Of a stretch of 36,826 nt of DNA, positions 17,846 through 27,200 are shown piece by piece; position 1 is the stretch's first letter, and every line of letters begins with the position of its first letter. This DNA is from Anaerolineales bacterium (GTDB lineage: Bacteria; Chloroflexota; Anaerolineae; Anaerolineales; JABWBV01), in contig JBFGQG010000001.1 of the NCBI GenBank assembly GCA_041564295.1, positions 1 to 36,826 on the forward strand, given 5' to 3'. A program made the translations under genes and the position numbers. The notes under the pieces were generated by a model. The model was not told the origin of the DNA. It saw only the letters and a list, made by a program, of their open reading frames with translations, and did no database searches.

Positions 17846-18676
17846 ATGGAACGAGCTGCCGGCCTGCCGGTCTATGATACCGCTAATTTAAAACCTGCTT
17901 TTATCCAGGAATTGATCGATTCTTACCGGTATCGCCACCTGCTCATGCAGCTCGTCCGGCGAAACATCACGGTTCGCTACAAGCGCTCCTTTCTTGGGGT
18001 GGCCTGGAGCATGCTCAACCCACTCGGTATGATGATCGTGATGGCCGTCGTCTTTTCAACTATATTCGGTTCAGAAATCGAATACCGCGTATTCCTCCTG
18101 AGCGGCCTCCTGGCGTGGAATTTCTTTGCGGAAGCTTCGGCACTCGGGGTTGGCAGCATGGTCTGGGGTGGGGACCTGATGCAGCAGGTCTTCGTGCCGC
18201 GTTCTGCCTTTGTCGTGTCCTCGGTCGGGACCGGTCTGGTCAACCTGATGCTCGCGATCGTCCCGCTCCTGGGAGTAATGCTCTGGGTGGGCGTCCCGAT
18301 CAACTGGGCGATCCTGTTTGCACCCGTGCCGGCTATCTTCATCCTCCTCTTTACGCTGGGCGTTAGCCTGATCCTCTCTGTAGGCGCGATGTATTTTGCC
18401 GACGTCAACGAGATGTTTAAAGTTGTCCTGAGAGCCTGGATGTACCTGACCCCTATCGTCTATCCGGAGACCCTTCTGATTAACAACGGCTACGAATGGC
18501 TGCTGACCTACAACCCGATGTACTACCTCGTGCGCGTCTTCCGCGTGCCTTTCCAGTTCGGCCGCCTGCCGACGCCGGAAGAGTTCTGGTCCGCTTTTGT
18601 GATCAGCACCGTCGTGTTCTTGCTAGGCTGGCTGATTTTCAACCGCTACGCAGATGAGTTTACCTACCGTGTCTGA
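17846..18676 (+). CDS. ABC-2 type polysaccharide export permease (Wzm/TagG-like)
   Basis: 276 aa, 6 predicted TM. N-terminal RRNITVRYKRSFLGVAWSMLNPL is the typical ABC-2 signature. Confidence 0.85.
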   Translation: MERAAGLPVYDTANLKPAFIQELIDSYRYRHLLMQLVRRNITVRYKRSFLGVAWSMLNPLGMMIVMAVVFSTIFGSEIEYRVFLLSGLLAWNFFAEASALGVGSMVWGGDLMQQVFVPRSAFVVSSVGTGLVNLMLAIVPLLGVMLWVGVPINWAILFAPVPAIFILLFTLGVSLILSVGAMYFADVNEMFKVVLRAWMYLTPIVYPETLLINNGYEWLLTYNPMYYLVRVFRVPFQFGRLPTPEEFWSAFVISTVVFLLGWLIFNRYADEFTYRV

Positions 18677-19484
18677 GTCCAGGTTGACACCCGTACCGGA
18701 GGCTGCGGCCGCGCACGCCGATCTGATCACGATCGAAAACCTGGGCGTTCGTTACCGCTTACCTTCGATTGCCACACGCTCGATCAAAGAGTTCTCCATT
18801 CGCGTGCTCAAGGGACAGTTGGAATATAAATATCATTGGGCCCTGAAAGACGTCAGCCTCAACATCGCTAAAGGTGAAATCCTCGGTCTTGTAGGGCATA
18901 ACGGGGCCGGGAAAAGCACGCTGCTTAAAGCTGTTTCCAGGATCCTGAAACCGACGGAAGGCCGGATTGTCGTGCACGGCAACGTGGCCGCGCTCCTCGG
19001 CGTCGGGGCGGGCTTCCATCTCGAGCTTACAGGCCGCGAGAACGTTTTCCTGAACGGTACGCTTCTGGGTTTCACCGTCAGGCAGATGGAGGAAAAGTTC
19101 GAGCGCATCGTCGATTTTGCCGAACTCTGGGACTACATCGACCAGCCTATCAGGACCTACTCTTCGGGTATGCGCGTGCGTCTCGGCTTCGCCATAGCGA
19201 CGGATACGATGCCGGACATCCTGATCGTCGACGAAATCCTTGCCGTCGGGGATGAATCATTCCGTAAGAAGAGCGCCGACCGCATGAAAGCGTTCCGGAT
19301 GAACGGCGCCACCATCCTGCTGGTGACACACAACATGGATATTGTACGGGAAATCTGCCACAGGGTCGCCTGGATTCACCAGGGCAACCTGCGGTTGGTC
19401 GGGGAAACGGAAAGTGTCGTCCAGGAGTACATCAACGAACGCAGCCGCCATTCCGAAAAAGTCAACCCACGGGCGCGCGCCTGA
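18654..19484 (+). CDS. ABC transporter ATP-binding protein (Wzt/TagH-like), NBD only
   Basis: Walker A GHNGAGKST, signature YSSGMRVRLGFA, Walker B ILIVDE. No C-terminal carbohydrate-binding extension. The start is uncertain (23-nt overlap with wzm, no clear SD). Confidence 0.88.
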   Translation: MSLPTVSESRLTPVPEAAAAHADLITIENLGVRYRLPSIATRSIKEFSIRVLKGQLEYKYHWALKDVSLNIAKGEILGLVGHNGAGKSTLLKAVSRILKPTEGRIVVHGNVAALLGVGAGFHLELTGRENVFLNGTLLGFTVRQMEEKFERIVDFAELWDYIDQPIRTYSSGMRVRLGFAIATDTMPDILIVDEILAVGDESFRKKSADRMKAFRMNGATILLVTHNMDIVREICHRVAWIHQGNLRLVGETESVVQEYINERSRHSEKVNPRARA

Positions 19485-19515
19485 ACCTGGGCCAAACCGC
19501 AATACTTAGAAAACC

Positions 19516-22197
19516 ATGACGAGCCTGCCAGACGAACAACCCTCCGCACAGTCCGGAACAGGGTATTTTGAACGCATTGCCGCAGAAATCCGATCGAAAA
19601 TCGCGCCCGAACGCGTGATGGACCTGGGTTGTGGCGCCGGTGCACTTGTTAAAGAGCTGCGCGCAGTGGGGATCGAGGCCTACGGGCTCGATCCGGATTC
19701 GGAAAAAGTTCTCGCCGCCGGTGCGGTGCTGCAGAATTACCTTCATTCAGCTCCTTTGAGCAGCCCCCTTGACGGAAAATATGACCTTGTGACCTGCCTG
19801 AACGTCCTTCACAGGCTGCCGGAAGAGACGATCGAAGAGGTTTTGTCTGTCCTTGCTGCCGGGACAGGCGATGTATTGTTTGCCGCGCCCCCGCCGGATT
19901 ATGCCGGAGCAGAACCGGCCTTTCCGCCCGATTATTGGGCCACCGTTTTTGCGAAGCACGGCTTTTTCCACGACCTTGATTTCGACGCGTCCTTTATTGC
20001 TCCGTGGGCTTTCCGCTTCCGCAAACGCAGCGCCCCAACGCTCCTTGATGCTGTCGAGGCGTATGAACGCGGTTTGTGGTCCCTGCGGCGCGAGAATGTC
20101 CAGTTAAAAGACACGTTACGAGAAACCGAGCGCTCCCGCGACCTCGCTCTGGCTGAAAACGACCCGTTGATGCAGACGCTCACATACCGTCTGAAGCAGT
20201 GGGAAACGACCTGGGCTGACCTCGAGCAAAGCGCAGGTTGGAAGCTCCTCTCGGCTGTGAGGAAATTCCGTCTCAGGTTCGCACCGCCAGGCAGCCGCCG
20301 AGCGGAACTCCTGCGGCTTGTGCGTGACGGTTTTGGAACCCTCGGGAGGGACGGTATGGGGGCTTTTTTCAGGCACTGGTGGAACGGCCTGCGCTCCCCT
20401 TCACTGCGGTTCGCAGCCGGTCAGAAGACAATTGAGCAGCGGAATGCGGAGGCTTATCCCGGTTTTGTCGAACGGACCGTGCTGTCGACCGGGCAGCTTG
20501 ACGAACAGCGTGCGGAGGCCGCCTCGTGGGATTGGCGACCGCTGATCAGTTTCATCACGCCGGTCTACCAGCCACCGGTTAATGTGCTCGAAGCACTGCT
20601 CGAATCCGTCCTGGCCCAGACCTACGACCGCTGGGAGCTCTGCATCGCAGACGCAAGCCTGCAAACTCCTGAAACGCGCAAGCTGCTGCAGTCCTACGCT
20701 TCCAGGGACGACCGCATCCGTCTCCAACTGCTTGAGGCAAACCTGGGGATTTGTGGTAACAGCAATGCCGCGCTGCGCATGGCTTCCGGTGAATACATCG
20801 CCATCCTCGACCACGACGACCTGCTTGCTCCGGACATGCTGTTTGAAGTCGCACGGCGGATCCGCAAGAATCCGGCCGTGGACGTCATTTATTTTGATGA
20901 AGATAAGCTCTCTGCCGACGGCACCGAGAGGCGCGAACCGTTTTTCAAGCCGGATTTTGCACCAGAAATGCTGATTTCGGCGAACTACCTGACCCATGCA
21001 GTCTACCGCAAGCGCCTCGTGGAGGATACCGGCGGTTTCGACCCGGCCTTCGAAGGCTGCCAGGACTGGGACCTGGCGTTCAAGGTGACCGAACGCACGG
21101 AGCATATCATCCACATCCCGCGCGTGCTGTATCACTGGCGGCAGGTCAGCGGCTCGACGGCGGGAGAATTCGGTGCAAAAGGCTACGTCTTCGAGCGCCA
21201 GCTCCGCTGCGTCAGGGGGCACCTCGAGCGCCTTGGGATGAAAAACGTGCAGACGAGTTTCCCGTTCCCGGGTTTCCTGAGGGCGACCTGGCCAGTGCCC
21301 GGACGCAAAGTTTCGATCATCATCCCGACGAAAGACAAGGTCGCTTTTCTCAAGCGGACGATCGACTCGATCCTGAAGAAAACGGATTATCCCGATTTTG
21401 AAATCGTGATCGTAGATAACGGCAGCCGCCAGCGGAATACGTTGAAGTATTTTGCTAAGCTGCAGGACAACCACCAGGTCAAGATCGTGGATTACAACGA
21501 AAAATTTAATTTTTCAAGAGCGAACAACATCGGTGCGGCCCACGCTTCCGGAGATCTCTTCCTGTTTTTAAACAACGACATGAAGATTCTTCACGCAGAC
21601 TGGCTGGAAGAACTGGTCCGGTGGGCAGAGCGGCCTGAAATTGGCATTGTGGGTGCAAAACTGCTTTATCCGGACGATTCGATCCAGCATGCCGGCGTCA
21701 TCGTGGGAATGGAAGGGCATGCCAGCCACGTTTTCTGGGGGTACAGGGAGCGCCAGAGCGGGCCGTTTGGTTCGGTAGATTGGTACAGGAACTTCACGGC
21801 GGTTACCGGGGCGTGCATGCTGATCCGAAGAGACACATTCGAAGAGATAGGCAGCTTTTCCGAACGGTACGTGCTCGCTTTCAGCGATATCGAGCTTTGC
21901 AAGCGGGCAATTGATAACGGCTACCGCGTGGTCTATACGCCGTTCGCAAGACTCTACCATTTCGAAGGGAAATCGCGCGGTGACCACATCCCTTCAATCG
22001 ATATCCGTGTCGGGTACGATGATTTAATGGCACTGGTCGAATCCGGCGATCCGTTTTACAATCCGAACCTGTCCTACATAGAACGGAAGCCCCTCATCCT
22101 GTCGCCGGACGAAGAAGACAGGGTCGCTCGTTTACGCCGCGTGGCCGCGCGGGTCCGCGTCGATGAATTAACCTTGCCACCGGAAAAGCAAAACTAA
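19516..22197 (+). CDS. multidomain glycan assembly protein: class I SAM methyltransferase - coiled coil - GT2 - GT2
   Basis: SAM motif I VMDLGCGAG (aa 34-42). Heptad-like charged segment at aa ~175-250. GT2 #1 ISFITPVYQPP...LDHDD (aa ~343-545). GT2 #2 VSIIIPTKDK...VIVDNGS...LNND (aa ~598-815). Confidence 0.85.
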   Translation: MTSLPDEQPSAQSGTGYFERIAAEIRSKIAPERVMDLGCGAGALVKELRAVGIEAYGLDPDSEKVLAAGAVLQNYLHSAPLSSPLDGKYDLVTCLNVLHRLPEETIEEVLSVLAAGTGDVLFAAPPPDYAGAEPAFPPDYWATVFAKHGFFHDLDFDASFIAPWAFRFRKRSAPTLLDAVEAYERGLWSLRRENVQLKDTLRETERSRDLALAENDPLMQTLTYRLKQWETTWADLEQSAGWKLLSAVRKFRLRFAPPGSRRAELLRLVRDGFGTLGRDGMGAFFRHWWNGLRSPSLRFAAGQKTIEQRNAEAYPGFVERTVLSTGQLDEQRAEAASWDWRPLISFITPVYQPPVNVLEALLESVLAQTYDRWELCIADASLQTPETRKLLQSYASRDDRIRLQLLEANLGICGNSNAALRMASGEYIAILDHDDLLAPDMLFEVARRIRKNPAVDVIYFDEDKLSADGTERREPFFKPDFAPEMLISANYLTHAVYRKRLVEDTGGFDPAFEGCQDWDLAFKVTERTEHIIHIPRVLYHWRQVSGSTAGEFGAKGYVFERQLRCVRGHLERLGMKNVQTSFPFPGFLRATWPVPGRKVSIIIPTKDKVAFLKRTIDSILKKTDYPDFEIVIVDNGSRQRNTLKYFAKLQDNHQVKIVDYNEKFNFSRANNIGAAHASGDLFLFLNNDMKILHADWLEELVRWAERPEIGIVGAKLLYPDDSIQHAGVIVGMEGHASHVFWGYRERQSGPFGSVDWYRNFTAVTGACMLIRRDTFEEIGSFSERYVLAFSDIELCKRAIDNGYRVVYTPFARLYHFEGKSRGDHIPSIDIRVGYDDLMALVESGDPFYNPNLSYIERKPLILSPDEEDRVARLRRVAARVRVDELTLPPEKQN

Positions 22198-22226
22198 ATA
22201 CGAAATCAAAACACGTCAAACCGCTT

Positions 22227-22251
22227 CCGGGCCGTCCTTCGGCCAATTCGG
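22227..22251 (+). terminator. GC-rich hairpin after the glycosyltransferase gene (no U-tract)
   Basis: CCG-GGCCG-tcctt-CGGCC-aatt-CGG, read directly, 30 nt after the stop. No T-run, so terminator function is doubtful. Confidence 0.25.
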
Positions 22252-22374
22252 AACACCACGTGGATAATTGCCTTTTTTACATCACCAGGCACACAGAACC
22301 AGGGGGTTTTAGACCAGTAGCGAAGCACGACCACAAGGCTCATAGATCCGCATACTCACTGGAGGCATCTGCGC

Positions 22375-24237
22375 TTGTTCAACAAACCAAACCGGAACCA
22401 ACATTTTTTCGTGATATTAATGATCGGCCTGGCCGTTTTTCTCGGCGCAGAACCCCGGACGGCAGAGTCCGCTGCGCCCAGCCTGACGCTCGGAAAAACG
22501 GTCGTTGGCGAGGGGGATGATTATGCAACCCGCGTCCTCGGATTTCCCTGGTGGAATCTGAATGGCCCACCATATCCCGACGACTTCACAGCGCTGAAAA
22601 ACATCAACGAGGGCACTTTCTCGGTAACAAATGACGGATTCTGGCAAATGACGTCCACCAGCGACGATGCGAATATGTGGCTAAGCTGGCCCGGCCTGGA
22701 TCTGACGCAGGTTGTTCTCAAAATGGGAGCTTCAAACCCCATCGATGCGAATAAATACAAACTGGTGTCCTATTATATGTGCCTGGCTAAGGCGCCGGCG
22801 CAGAATAACGAGACCTGGGCTTCCATCATTTACTGGTTTTACGACCGGATGCCGTTCACCGATCCGGGAAATGGGCTTTCAAATTTCCTTTTTTTCTACC
22901 AGCAAGGAAAATTTAAGGAAGACGGTGATTGCGAACTGCTCACGTTCGACCTGAGCCAGCCTGCAGCCTGGATGACCGGATCCTGGAACAACAACCCGCG
23001 CCAACCGATCGGCTTCCGTCTTGATCCTGTAAATGTGAGCAACATGGGCTTTAAAGTTGGTTGGGTCCGCCTTACGACAAAGGATACCGGCAACATTGTC
23101 CCGCTATCATGGTCCGGCGCACCGCCCGGACAAAACGAGTTTTATGTCAGCCTGACTGGCTGTGGGCAAAACGGCGTCCTTGTTGGAGGGAAGAGTGGGG
23201 CCAGCGGGACGTTCAACTGGGGACAGCAGGTGATTCCGGGTTTTTCAGAAGTGCATCCGCTCCCGCTGCCGGAATCGTTCGAACCGGGGCAGTATCACCT
23301 GTACATGAAAGATTCAACGGGCGGCATCACCTGTGCCGGGAATAACCCCCTGACAGTCTCCCCGGCGCCGGTTTTTGCTTTTCAAAAGCCATCTTTCCAG
23401 AGTGGGCCTGATTTTGCAACCGAGACTCTCGGTGATCCCTGGGGCATGGCTTCGAGCGGTGATGTCAACAAAATCGTCAACGCGGACTTTACCTCGTTTA
23501 CGGATGGCATTCTGACGATGACATCGAACGACAACGATCCGCAGATCTTCATGAACCTCGGCGGAAACACGATCCCTGCGGACAGCTATCGTTATGCGTC
23601 ATTCCGTTTCAAGATCAACGGCAATCACACCTACCAGAGTGACTGGGTGCAGCGCTGGATCTGGTGGTATTCGGGCGGGCCGTTCGTCGACCATGTCACC
23701 ACGCAGGATATGGAAATTTACGAAGGGTGGCATGTGTACACGCTCGATATGGAAAATGCCCTGACGGAAAACTGCGCGTCGAACTGCTGGTCCGGAAATC
23801 CGCGGGTCTTCCGTTTTGACCCTTTTGAAACACCGAAACCGACGAACATCCAGATGGATTACGTCCTCCTGACGGGACCGGAGACGGTAATCCAGGGTGA
23901 CTTGTTCCGCATTGCTTTCACGACCGATGCGTCGCCAGATGCAACGCTCACGTTTTATTATGATAATGATAAGGATCCCGGCAACGGCCGGACAAAGATC
24001 GGCGTATTTGGTGTCCCGAACATGGCTCAAACCCCTTCAGGCGGCGGGCCTTTTCAATTGTTTTTTCCCAGCACTTTCATGATAGACAACAGTGAAATTC
24101 CCCTCTACTCAAATTCGCAGTTCTACCACTGGGACACAGCAAACGTGCCGAAAGGCACCTACTTCGTCTCGGCCGTGGTCGATGATGGGATTATAAAAAC
24201 GACATGGTATAGTGAGCTTCCAGTGACGGTAAAGTAA
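22375..24237 (+). CDS. secreted hypothetical protein with two tandem [beta-sandwich/CBM-like + Ig-like] units
   Basis: TTG start with GGAGG 9 nt upstream. The N-terminus (KPNRNQ + FFVILMIGLAVFLGA + AESAA) looks like a signal peptide. The internal duplication is described in the findings. Confidence 0.7.
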   Translation: MFNKPNRNQHFFVILMIGLAVFLGAEPRTAESAAPSLTLGKTVVGEGDDYATRVLGFPWWNLNGPPYPDDFTALKNINEGTFSVTNDGFWQMTSTSDDANMWLSWPGLDLTQVVLKMGASNPIDANKYKLVSYYMCLAKAPAQNNETWASIIYWFYDRMPFTDPGNGLSNFLFFYQQGKFKEDGDCELLTFDLSQPAAWMTGSWNNNPRQPIGFRLDPVNVSNMGFKVGWVRLTTKDTGNIVPLSWSGAPPGQNEFYVSLTGCGQNGVLVGGKSGASGTFNWGQQVIPGFSEVHPLPLPESFEPGQYHLYMKDSTGGITCAGNNPLTVSPAPVFAFQKPSFQSGPDFATETLGDPWGMASSGDVNKIVNADFTSFTDGILTMTSNDNDPQIFMNLGGNTIPADSYRYASFRFKINGNHTYQSDWVQRWIWWYSGGPFVDHVTTQDMEIYEGWHVYTLDMENALTENCASNCWSGNPRVFRFDPFETPKPTNIQMDYVLLTGPETVIQGDLFRIAFTTDASPDATLTFYYDNDKDPGNGRTKIGVFGVPNMAQTPSGGGPFQLFFPSTFMIDNSEIPLYSNSQFYHWDTANVPKGTYFVSAVVDDGIIKTTWYSELPVTVK

Positions 24238-24274
24238 AACCAGAAGACAGGCTTTTATTCACAAACCTCGCTTC

Positions 24275-27200
24275 CTAATCGGTTGGAAAATCGACAGAGA
24301 CCGTCTGCAGCGTATCGGAGGCTGTCTGGATGTACAGCACGCCGTTCGAATAGTGAATGTTGTCGGCCCGGGGGATGCCCTGGATCGTGATTTCCCATAG
24401 AGGTTCCAGCTGGCGCTTGACGTAACCTCGGCATACGAGTTGGGTCTCCGCTCGAACAAGAGTGCACAACGTCAGATTAACCGCCGACGTATCTTCTGCC
24501 ACGACGAATGATTCTGATAAGTCTACCGTGATCTGGTTCAGGACCTCACCTTCAAAAGTCACCCAGTCGTAAATAATTGACCGGCCACCGGCCTGGACGA
24601 AGACGATCCAGATCGTGCCGTCTTCCGTGACCGAGAGCCGCGGTGGCAGGCCGCGCGTTGCATTGGGAGGAAAAGCGATCGTCACCTGCCTCTCGATGTT
24701 CAAATGGCCGCCAGGCAGGAGCGTCCATTCCATCACGGTGCTGCCGCTCATCAAGTAGGTTTTCCCGTCCCTGCCCATTGCGAACTGGTCGATCGGGAAT
24801 TCCGTTTCAACCAGCTCGACCAGCTCCCCGGTGGACGAGCGGACCACGTTATCGTCCACCGAGATCCAATCACCGGCTGGCGTGATCTGGATGGGGCGGT
24901 AGAAATTGAAGGTCTGAAGGGGTGTACGCCAACGCTGCGTGCCGTCCGGCCCGAGGGCTTCAATCTGGCCGCGTGTGCCGTTTGTTATCGTGTAGAAAAT
25001 ATCACCTGTGCTGCTGAAAACGGGGAAAAAGAATGCCGGGCGAAGGCCTTCTTCGAGGTCGTGTTTCCATAATAGTCCTTCCGAAGGCGTAAAGGCATAC
25101 AAAGAACCCTGTGAATCGAGAAGATAATACGTGTCGTCCGCGAGGCCGGTGATCGGCGGCGAATGCGGGGCTGCATCGAGCGGTATTTCCCAGTTCAACG
25201 TCCCATCGAGGGTGATGGCATAAAGGCGCGTATCCGAAGCCACGACAATGCTGCCGTCCTGTGCCAGGATGGGTGGAAAGGCCGTGCCGACCGTTCCGCC
25301 ACCGAAGAGCGTTTCTTGGAGGACATATACCGGTTCGGGCAGGGCGAAGGTGTGCAGGACAGCTCCGTCTGAATCCAGCACATAGAACTGGTCATCGGTT
25401 GTCAGCAAATATACGGTCTCGTTTTCGTGCAGGAGCGGTTCTACAAGCAAATCAGATGGGGTTTTAAAGATCCAACCGCTGCCTGTCGCGGTAATCGCAG
25501 TGCTTTCTTTGGCGGCATTGGCTTGCTGCTCTTCCAACGCTTCTGCGATACTCCGCTCCATCACGCCATAGATAAAGCCCTTCCGGCTGGCGAAGATGAA
25601 ACCGGACGGTGTACGAGTCCCGCCGGTGAGCGTATCCTGGATCCCCGGATATTCGCCGAAATCCACCTTCCAGGCGGGTCTTTCTCCGGTTTGCGTGAGG
25701 CTGAGGCAGGTTTCTTTTAATGGATCTTGCAGGCTGAACCGGTACCGTCCACAGACAATGACCGACAGATCGTCTTCCAATGAAACCGGCATGATCAGGA
25801 AGTGGTTGTCCGGTCCATGCGTCTCAAACAGCAGCTCACCCAGCTCGTTTTGCCAGAGGACGAAGCCTCCGAATACGAAGATGAATAGATTATCTTCCGT
25901 CACGTGTACGGTGAGGGGAGAAGCGACTCCGCCGAACTGCTCCGTGATCCCTGAAGCGCGGATGGTGGTGAGCAACTCCATCGTGCTGCCGCTGCGCTGC
26001 CATTCAAAAACTGCGGGTCCGGAGACCATGTAGTTCTTTCCATTGGTGCCGACGAAGAAAGAATCGGGCGCGATGGCGCTTTCAAGGATGACCGGCTCAC
26101 CAGTAGCGCTGTCGAAAAGTTCAGCGGCGATAAACACATACTCGCCTGCAGCCGTGAGCCCCGGCGGGCGGAAGAATTTTGCCGTCTGGATCTCTGCCCG
26201 CCAAAGCGGGCTTCCGTCCGGCCCGACGGCCTGTACAAGTCCGGATGTGCCCCGACTGATCGTGTAATACAGCACGCCATTCAAATCGATCACCGGCTGC
26301 GAAACGGCAGAATAACCGCCATCGGGCTGAACGTATTGCCATACCACCTCTCCTTCGAGCGTCAGGGCTGTTAACCCTCCGGACCGGTCCGGGAGGAAGA
26401 GCGTTTCACCGGAAATGACCGGGGAAAACGCAGGCGCCGGGTCGAGTGTGAGCTGCCAGCGGGACGAACCGTCGGGATTCAACGCGTAGACTTCCCCGCC
26501 GAGGCTCGCCACGTAGATGTTGCCCTCGGAATCGACAGCCGGATGTCCGGCGAAGCCGCTCTTGTCTTCCAGGGTCCATACGATGACCGGATCGGTGATC
26601 TGCACAGGCTCGGTCGGCATGGTGAACGGTTCTTCGCTGTTCCCGGCACCGGGGGTTTCGACCGGCTCTGCGGAGATCGTTTGCGATCCGCTGTCGCTCC
26701 CAACTGGTGTGGCGCTGCCTTCTGCCGCGCCGGGCAGTGGCGTCAGCGTGGGAGGAGCGCTTTCATAAAAGAACAGGTTGACCTGCGATTCCGGCAGCTT
26801 GAAAGTGCCGGCCTGCCAGCCCCGGACGCCGAAATAACCCAGCAAGCCGCCGGCAAGAAGCGCCCACAAGATGACGGCTACCCTCGTTCCAAACAACACG
26901 TTGCCGACCGGGTGCCAGGCCTGCGCGATGTTGAGCCGCAACGCGCCCATGGCATTGCTAAGCCAGCGGATGCGCAGGGTCTGTATTTCAGGGGAAAGCC
27001 GCAAACGCAGACCTTCGCCGATCAGGTTGAAGCCGAGGACGGCGACGAAGACCACGCTGCCCACAGAAACAAGCCCCCAGGGATCTGTGAGCCGCACCCA
27101 GGCGGTCGCAAGCATTTGCCCCAGTTCCGGCGAGCCGCTCGTGCGCCGGGCAACGAAGTCGGCCACGTCCACCCAGACATCGCCGCCGATGTAATAACCC

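Noticed and set aside
22260-22520. 86-aa ORF upstream of and overlapping the secreted-protein gene
   Set aside because: It has no RBS and a biased composition. It overlaps the better-supported TTG start with its GGAGG RBS and the signal peptide of the 620-aa gene.
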